Source: Geopsychrobacteraceae bacterium (GTDB lineage: Bacteria > Desulfobacterota > Desulfuromonadia > Desulfuromonadales > Geopsychrobacteraceae). From it: a stretch of DNA of 64,000 nucleotides. The notes under the pieces were generated by a model, which was given only the letters and a program-made list of their open reading frames with translations, was not told where the DNA came from and ran no database searches. Shown one piece after another: positions 58,105 through 64,000 of the stretch. The position numbers were made by a program, and so were the translations under genes. Positions within the stretch are counted from its first letter, which is position 1; each line of letters opens with the position of its first letter. The DNA is taken from positions 2,528,001 to 2,592,000 of the forward strand of contig OY759353.1 of NCBI GenBank assembly GCA_963662315.1. The letters are read 5' to 3'.

Positions 58105-58959
58105 CTAGCAGACCAGATCCTCCAACATAAGAGGCCGTCCGCGCTTCTGTCTGTCCCCTTCCGGCAATACGTCCATGCTCGGCCACAACCCTGTGGTGAG
58201 GCACTCAGCGTAACCACCTGTCATGCCAGCCTCACACATTTTTTGAGCTGTACTCATGGGCTGATAGGCGAGCCTGTGCCAACGACAGCGCAACCGTCCT
58301 CCTTCAGGGGTGATGGTCAAATACCACCCATCGGTCGTTGCGTCGTTAGCCGGCAGGCCGATAGCTCCGGCATTGACCCAGGCCTTTGCGCCGACCTTTA
58401 CCCCAGAGGGGATGCCACTGTGCCCAGCGACCAAGACGTCGGCCCCGGCCCGGTTGAGTTCTTCTTCCTTGACGGCCAGAGGAGTTGACGGAAAGATGAA
58501 GCGGTTGATCTGCTCAATACCGCCATGCACAACCTGGACACGCCGGCCGTTCAACGTGAAGCGAAGCGATCTTGGTAAAGACCTCATCCACCCTCGGTCC
58601 GCGTCAGATAACTGTTCACTGGCAAAACGATACCAGGCAACTGACAGGAGGGAACAGGTGTTTCCCTCATCGAACCCGCAACCACAGTCTTGGGCCGCCA
58701 AGCCAAGGGATTCTTCACAATTACCCAAAACAACCGAGATACCCCAGTCACGGATCAGAGCCACTGTTTCCGCAGGTTCTGCGCAGTAGGCCACGACATC
58801 CCCGGTGCAGATGATTCGTTCCGGGGGAAGGCCAAGATCATCGGCTCGCGCCCGCATGGCACGGGTCGCCGCCAGGTTGCTGTATGGACCGCCAAAGATC
58901 AAAACGGGTCCGCGAAGGGTGCCCAGATCCTCAACCTGCCGTGCATTCACGGTCATCAT
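58105..58959 (-). CDS. Atypical calcineurin-like metallophosphoesterase
   Basis: GDVVAY, GNCEE, VHG, GHSG, NAG; first motif reads GGPYSN; DCGCG...C insert. Confidence 0.8.
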   Translation of the reverse strand: MMTVNARQVEDLGTLRGPVLIFGGPYSNLAATRAMRARADDLGLPPERIICTGDVVAYCAEPAETVALIRDWGISVVLGNCEESLGLAAQDCGCGFDEGNTCSLLSVAWYRFASEQLSDADRGWMRSLPRSLRFTLNGRRVQVVHGGIEQINRFIFPSTPLAVKEEELNRAGADVLVAGHSGIPSGVKVGAKAWVNAGAIGLPANDATTDGWYLTITPEGGRLRCRWHRLAYQPMSTAQKMCEAGMTGGYAECLTTGLWPSMDVLPEGDRQKRGRPLMLEDLVC

Positions 58960-60329
58960 TCCTGTGTGATCCTTCTTGTCGAACGCCTGCCACCCACCCA
59001 GAAACCAAGGCAGCCCGACACCATGACGGCAAGCGTCAGATAGAGAAGTTTGGTGTATTTATGGGCATCACCCAGCAGATGACTGTAACCACTCGACTCC
59101 GTGAAGTAGAGAATCGCCGCCGCAAGTGCCAGACAGAAACTGAGCAAATAGCTCCAAACAGGAATATCCCGGCGCTTGCCCCACAGCGAAAAGAAGATCA
59201 CCGGGGCCAGATAAAGCGAGGCCGTACCGCTCACCGCAACGGCGCTGAACAGATCTTTGTTGCCCCAGAACACCAGCAGCAGGCCGATCAGCATAAAGGC
59301 CGCCATCACCGCCCGCCCGTTGCGCAGAGTCATCTTCATGACCTTCATGTCAACGGCCAGCAGCTTGGCCGAACTCGACAGGGCGCTGTCCAAGGTGGAC
59401 ATGGCGGAGATCACCAGAGCCGCATTAAACAAAAGCATCGGTACGGTTCCGAGCAGCTGCATTAGCGTCTCGTTCAGCGAGGCCCCCGGCACGGCATGCG
59501 CTCCAGCCAGCACCCCGAGACAGCCAAAGGCGATGATGCAGATGATGCTGATCCAGGCCGCATGCAGAAAACTCTTGCGCGTCGTTTCCCGGTCGGCCAG
59601 AAAACCCCGATCCATCATCACCGGATCATGCATCGGGTAACTCCAGATCTGCAGCAGCGCGACCAGCATGAGAATCGGCCCTGGCTGGTCGAAGACAAAC
59701 GGCTTGAACCAGAGATCGTGCAGATGGACGCTCTGGCTTCCGGCCACCAGCACGACCAGCAGAATCAGGGTGCCGAGGAATATCACCATCTGAAAAACGT
59801 CCGTGCGCAACGATGCGCGCAAACCACCGACCATCGAGTAGAACAGGGTAATCGCCGAAAAACCGATGATCGTCAGGGTATACGCCTGACTGCCGGCAAC
59901 CCCGAACAGAATGCCGATCACCAGCAAGTTGGCAAACACCTCGCTGAGCAGGCGAATCCCGATAACGAAATTGTAGCACCCAGTGCCCCAGGTACCGAAC
60001 CGGGCGCGCAGGAAATCCTGAACGCTGTTAAAACCATGCTCGTAACGCAGACTGTCGACAATCTTGCCCCCGGTAAAAAACGACAAGTAGTAGAAGGCAT
60101 AGGCCAGGGTACCCCAGATCCCGTAATAGAAGCCGAGGATGGCCGCATTCATCAGCGAACGTGCAAAGATCCATGTCGTAACCTGGGAAAAGATCAGGCT
60201 CAACAAGCCCGGCTGACGGCCATCAACCCCAAGGCCTTGATAAAAAGCCCCTTCGCTCTCGGCCCGGGGGGAAAGGACCACCGAGCCGAGAGCGATAAAC
60301 GCTGCAAATGCAGGTAGAACGTAATCCAT
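58956..60329 (-). CDS. Sodium:solute symporter family protein
   Basis: About 13 TM helices, YS..GGLRAS..TD..Q, SAMSTLDS; ggag RBS before MDYVL. Confidence 0.85.
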   Translation of the reverse strand: MDYVLPAFAAFIALGSVVLSPRAESEGAFYQGLGVDGRQPGLLSLIFSQVTTWIFARSLMNAAILGFYYGIWGTLAYAFYYLSFFTGGKIVDSLRYEHGFNSVQDFLRARFGTWGTGCYNFVIGIRLLSEVFANLLVIGILFGVAGSQAYTLTIIGFSAITLFYSMVGGLRASLRTDVFQMVIFLGTLILLVVLVAGSQSVHLHDLWFKPFVFDQPGPILMLVALLQIWSYPMHDPVMMDRGFLADRETTRKSFLHAAWISIICIIAFGCLGVLAGAHAVPGASLNETLMQLLGTVPMLLFNAALVISAMSTLDSALSSSAKLLAVDMKVMKMTLRNGRAVMAAFMLIGLLLVFWGNKDLFSAVAVSGTASLYLAPVIFFSLWGKRRDIPVWSYLLSFCLALAAAILYFTESSGYSHLLGDAHKYTKLLYLTLAVMVSGCLGFWVGGRRSTRRITQE

Positions 60330-60367
60330 AACGTCATGCTCCATAAATAAAGGTTGTTGTGCCATAT

Positions 60368-60503
60368 CCGGTTGCGCCCGCCGTTGCAACCTAAGTCGCA
60401 GCGTGGGGGAGATTTAGGCAGTTGCAATGGCTGCACCGCCCCGCCAAGGTCCGTAACCGTGGCTTGATTTGTCCGCGGTGCCTGGCAAACAGCCCTTGGC
60501 AAC
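60368..60503 (-). ncRNA. Candidate structured cis-regulatory RNA upstream of the symporter
   Basis: Nested stems GGUUGC/GCAACC, GCACCGC/GCGGUGC, GCCACGGU/ACCUUGGC, UUGCAAC/GUUGCAA, CCUAA/UUAGG. Confidence 0.45.
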
Positions 60504-60508
60504 CCTCC

Positions 60509-61327
60509 CTATTCGTTCAGTGCCCAGTCGTAGGCATAGGAAAAATCGCTTTTCCCGGCCTTGAGATAGTCTGCGCGATCGGACGCTGCATACATCAGGA
60601 GATGCTGGCGGACACCCTCTTCATCACCTCCGAAATCCACCTGAAACCAGTCGTAGATCGACGAGAGGACAGCTTTGTCTCCGACGATCTTCATACCACG
60701 TGGGTGGTTGATGTAATCCCTGGCCGCCTGGTCAAGAAGATCATCCAGGTTCATCACCGTGAACGGCTGTGCTTGCAGGTTGGGGCAGCCAAGACTGGCG
60801 CAATTGACAGCGTAATGAACCCGCACGTCCTGCCAGATCGGTCGCAGGATGCGGTGCTCGATATCGTTCAATGAGAGCTTTTCCCCTTCGATGGTGAGCA
60901 GTTTGGCATCCCACGGTCCGTTGCTGAACCAGCCGGGAGAAATATCGATATCACGGATGCTCTTGACCGGGTAGTGATCAAGAATGACCTTGACAGTCAG
61001 GGCGTTGTACAGATTGATCCAGTAGGCCTTCTGCTCCGGGCGGGCCAACATGGACACCGCAGTCCCCTGAAGTTTGGCCAGGTAGCCGTCCAAGGCTTTT
61101 TTGTCCTGGCTTGTGACTGCCACATAGCGTACCCGATTGATCCCGGACGGGTGTTTTGTCACCAGGTAGCGGCTGAGAAAATCGGCCCAGGCGGAATGGT
61201 CAATCGTCACCGTGCTGTTGGCCGCAAAAGCCTGCCACCGTGGCCAGAGCTCCACCTTTGGGGCCGCATCTGCGAGCAGAGGCAGCGTGGCGATTAAAGT
61301 ACAAACAACCACTATTATTCTGTTCAT
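60509..61327 (-). CDS. DUF547 domain exported protein
   Basis: Signal peptide, AYWINLYNA, SLNDIEH.ILR, HYAVNCASLGCP, LSSIYDWF..DF, YDW.LN. Confidence 0.88.
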   Translation of the reverse strand: MNRIIVVVCTLIATLPLLADAAPKVELWPRWQAFAANSTVTIDHSAWADFLSRYLVTKHPSGINRVRYVAVTSQDKKALDGYLAKLQGTAVSMLARPEQKAYWINLYNALTVKVILDHYPVKSIRDIDISPGWFSNGPWDAKLLTIEGEKLSLNDIEHRILRPIWQDVRVHYAVNCASLGCPNLQAQPFTVMNLDDLLDQAARDYINHPRGMKIVGDKAVLSSIYDWFQVDFGGDEEGVRQHLLMYAASDRADYLKAGKSDFSYAYDWALNE

Positions 61328-61333
61328 GACACT

Positions 61334-63475
61334 TCAGCTCCGCCGCCAGGTGTGGAACTTTTCCACCCAAGCCAGCAATTTCTCAGGCACGTGCGCTTTC
61401 TTCCATTCTCCAGCCGCCATTTTGTTGGCTTCCGCCAGGGTCGGGTAAGGGTGAATGGTGCCGAGAATCTTGTTCAGCCCGATGCCATGCTTCATGGCCA
61501 GAATGTATTCGGCGAGCAGATCTCCAGCGTGAGTTCCGACGATGGTGACGCCAAGAATTTTGTCCTTGCCAGACGCTGTGATGATCTTGATCCAGCCATG
61601 GTCCTCCCCTTCAGCAATCGCCCGATCAAGCTCGGCCAACTCGAACACAGTCACCTCGTGATCTATATTATGCTGCTTTGCCTCAGTTTCGTTCAGGCCA
61701 ACCCGGGCGACCTCAGGATCGGTAAAAGTGACCCAGGGGATAACGCGATAGTCAACCTGGAACTTTTTGAAATCCCCGAACAGAGCGTTAACGCTGGCGT
61801 ACCACGCCTGGTGCCCGGCAGTGTGGGTGAACTGATAGGGGCCTGCGACGTCTCCGGCACAGAAGATATTGGGAATGTTGGTACGCAAAAAGCCATCGGT
61901 CTCGACCGTGTCACGCTCGCTCAGGCGGACGCCCAGTTCCTCCAAGCCAAACCCTGTGACGTTGGGCCGCCTACCGACTGCGACAAGAATCCGGTCAAAC
62001 GGGACATGCACTTGCTTGCCCTGGCGTTCGCAGACAAGGATGCGTTCCTCCCCGTCGACCCGCACCTGCTTCGCTTGGTGTTCCGTCAAGACCTTTACGC
62101 CCTCGGCTTCGAGACGCTGGCGGACAAATTCGGCGACATCCGGATCTTCCCGGCCCATAATCTGCGTTGTCATCTCGACCTGGGTTACCTGAGCACCAAA
62201 CCGGGCAAACGCCTGGGCCATTTCGGAACCTATCGGCCCGCCACCCAGTACGACCAGGCGCTTCGGCAGTTCCCTGAGTTGCCAGAGATTGTCAGAAGTC
62301 AGACAGTCCACCTGGTCAAGTCCGGGGATTGGCGGCACAAATGGTGAAGCACCCGTCGCAATAATGATGCTGCGCGTGGTTAACGTGCGACCATCCACCT
62401 CCACCGTGTATGGGGAAGTGATCCGCGCTGCACCGTGGATGCAGTCGACACCGAGCCCGGAATAACGCTCTATCGAGTCATGCGGTTCGACTTTCGCCAC
62501 CACCTGCTGTACCCGCTCCATTACTTCGCCGAATGCGAATTCAGTTTCGGTTTTGCGGAAACCGAAATCTTTGGCCCGCCGCCCGTAAGCAAGCAGTTTC
62601 GCCGAGCGGATCAAGGCCTTGCTCGGCACACACCCGGTATTCAGACAATCCCCGCCCATTTTGTGTTTTTCGATCAAGGCGACCTTGGCTTTTACAGCTG
62701 CAGCGATGTAGCTTGAGACCAGTCCCGCAGACCCTGCCCCGATCACAACCAGGTTATAATCGAAACTTTTCGGCTTTGGAAACGCCTTGAGTGATGTGCG
62801 CTGTTTCAAAAAATCGACGACCTTGCGTGCCAGTAGTGGAAAGATTCCCAGCAAAGCAAAAGAAAGCAGCAAACCCGGAGAGAGAATTCCGCCCAGGCTC
62901 TCAATCTGACCCAATTGAGTACCGGCATTGATATAAACGGCCGTACCGGCAAGCATACCCACCTGACTGACCCAGTAAAAGGTCGGGGTCCGCATAGGGG
63001 TCAGCCCCATCACCAGATTGATGACGAAAAACGGAAAGATCGGTACCAGGCGCAGGGTGAACAGATAAAAAGCCCCCTCTTTCTCGACCCCCCGGTTGAT
63101 GGCCGCCAGTCGTTCCCGGAAGCGCTTTTGTACCCAGTCCCGCAACAAAAATCGGCTGACCAGAAAGGCCAAGGTCGCACCGATAGTGCTGGCAAAGGAG
63201 ATCACCACCAGGGCCGGCAGAAACCCGAACAGAGCCCCACCGGCAAGCGTCATGACGGCGGCTCCCGGCAGAGAGAGGGCGGTAACCAGTATATAGAGCA
63301 CAAAGTAGAGCCCCAAAGTCAGGAGGCGATTAGCGGCATAAAACTGTTGGAACTGCGTCTGATGCGCCTTCAGTTCAGTGAGAGTCAGGTAGCGCTGCAG
63401 ATCGAAAGCAAAAAACACCACGACCAGAACGGCAACGGCGCTGACAACCAGGATTTTTTTCCAGAAACCCAACAT
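61334..63475 (-). CDS. DedA/VTT (TVP38) membrane domain fused to a pyridine nucleotide-disulfide oxidoreductase
   Basis: N-terminal SLPGA, LRLVPIFPF; then GAGSAG, GGDCLNTGCVPSK, GGGPIG, GD, HPYPT. Confidence 0.9.
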   Translation of the reverse strand: MLGFWKKILVVSAVAVLVVVFFAFDLQRYLTLTELKAHQTQFQQFYAANRLLTLGLYFVLYILVTALSLPGAAVMTLAGGALFGFLPALVVISFASTIGATLAFLVSRFLLRDWVQKRFRERLAAINRGVEKEGAFYLFTLRLVPIFPFFVINLVMGLTPMRTPTFYWVSQVGMLAGTAVYINAGTQLGQIESLGGILSPGLLLSFALLGIFPLLARKVVDFLKQRTSLKAFPKPKSFDYNLVVIGAGSAGLVSSYIAAAVKAKVALIEKHKMGGDCLNTGCVPSKALIRSAKLLAYGRRAKDFGFRKTETEFAFGEVMERVQQVVAKVEPHDSIERYSGLGVDCIHGAARITSPYTVEVDGRTLTTRSIIIATGASPFVPPIPGLDQVDCLTSDNLWQLRELPKRLVVLGGGPIGSEMAQAFARFGAQVTQVEMTTQIMGREDPDVAEFVRQRLEAEGVKVLTEHQAKQVRVDGEERILVCERQGKQVHVPFDRILVAVGRRPNVTGFGLEELGVRLSERDTVETDGFLRTNIPNIFCAGDVAGPYQFTHTAGHQAWYASVNALFGDFKKFQVDYRVIPWVTFTDPEVARVGLNETEAKQHNIDHEVTVFELAELDRAIAEGEDHGWIKIITASGKDKILGVTIVGTHAGDLLAEYILAMKHGIGLNKILGTIHPYPTLAEANKMAAGEWKKAHVPEKLLAWVEKFHTWRRS

Positions 63476-63545
63476 GATGGCCTCTCAATTCTCTTCGGAG
63501 GGGATCAAAAGCTCCCCGCAACACGCGACATCGCCATAATTGTAA

Positions 63546-64000
63546 TCAGGTCTTTTCGGAGCAGCTGGCACCACAGGCAAAGCAGGAATAGCAACGATGA
63601 TGGCCAAGCATGACCCGCTTTTCCATCGCCGCTTTCAACGTCGTACCGAGGTCGTAAGCTTTGACGTCATCCACTAAAGTACAGGGGTAAACTCCGCAGC
63701 GCCCCTCCTTGCGGACAATCATTTTACTGAAGTTGCACATAAAAGCCGCACGTTGCTCGGCGTTCAAATAGCGGGTCATGCAGGTTTCGGTGATTTCCGG
63801 AACCTCAGGCAATGAGCCGGGCAGGTGAAACTCGGGGAACTTGATGATGGTAATGTCATCAGGCACTCCGGCCTCACGGAAAAAGGGCAAATAGTCCTGG
63901 TCAACGGCAGCACTATTCTCGCCAGGGAGCATCAGACGGGCAATGGAGACACCAAAACCAGCCTGATGCAGTCGTCCCAAGGTATTGAGGGCCTTTTTGA
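63546..64000 (-). CDS. Probable radical SAM protein, C-terminal part (truncated by window end)
   Basis: Frame open to the window edge; PEITETC, C..S.M.V, PCTL, HHRCYSCFACGASCS tail; the CxxxCxxC motif is not in the window. Confidence 0.6.
   Translation of the reverse strand, partial: KKALNTLGRLHQAGFGVSIARLMLPGENSAAVDQDYLPFFREAGVPDDITIIKFPEFHLPGSLPEVPEITETCMTRYLNAEQRAAFMCNFSKMIVRKEGRCGVYPCTLVDDVKAYDLGTTLKAAMEKRVMLGHHRCYSCFACGASCSEKT

Noticed and set aside
61352..62347. 331-aa plus-strand ORF and other long antisense ORFs (e.g. 5314-6015, 7203-7904, 59496-60317)
   Set aside because: They fully overlap well-supported genes on the opposite strand and lack recognisable motifs.
61334..63475. Mercuric reductase merA call
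   Set aside because: No N-terminal metal-binding domain, no C-terminal Cys-Cys, and no mer operon genes.
63476..63548. Selenocysteine read-through of the radical SAM TGA
   Set aside because: Read-through adds only about 20 residues before another TGA, and no convincing SECIS hairpin is visible.
1..64000. CRISPR array, cas genes, prophage or rRNA
   Set aside because: No regularly spaced direct repeats and no such gene motifs found.

Overview
Bacterial chromosomal window. Gene content suggests a Desulfuromonadales-type deltaproteobacterium (inference). Five blocks: (1) housekeeping genes (ilvE end, GT2-like gene, miaA, pcnB; 1-3.9 kb); (2) a large chemosensory operon with a heme-c/hemerythrin MCP, dual-Hpt CheA, CheW/R/B/D, HDOD, two CheY, three CheX and a CheC-CheC-pseudoreceiver protein, followed by a convergent sigma54 activator (4-18.2 kb); (3) a mostly AT-rich minus-strand Wzx/Wzy surface-polysaccharide locus downstream of tRNA-Ser(CGA), carrying an apparently complete IS1111-type (IS110 family) element with a structured 3' non-coding end and an IS30 remnant (18.5-43.9 kb); (4) a TRAP/kduI/kduD/IclR sugar-acid catabolic module and miscellaneous enzymes (44-58 kb); (5) a GC-richer Cys-rich operon (radical SAM, DedA-fused disulfide reductase, DUF547, Na+/solute symporter, atypical metallophosphoesterase) with an internal structured RNA candidate, bounded by a degenerate tRNA 3'-end that looks like an att site (58-64 kb). 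No CRISPR array or rRNA was seen. All calls come from reading motifs by eye; no searches were run.
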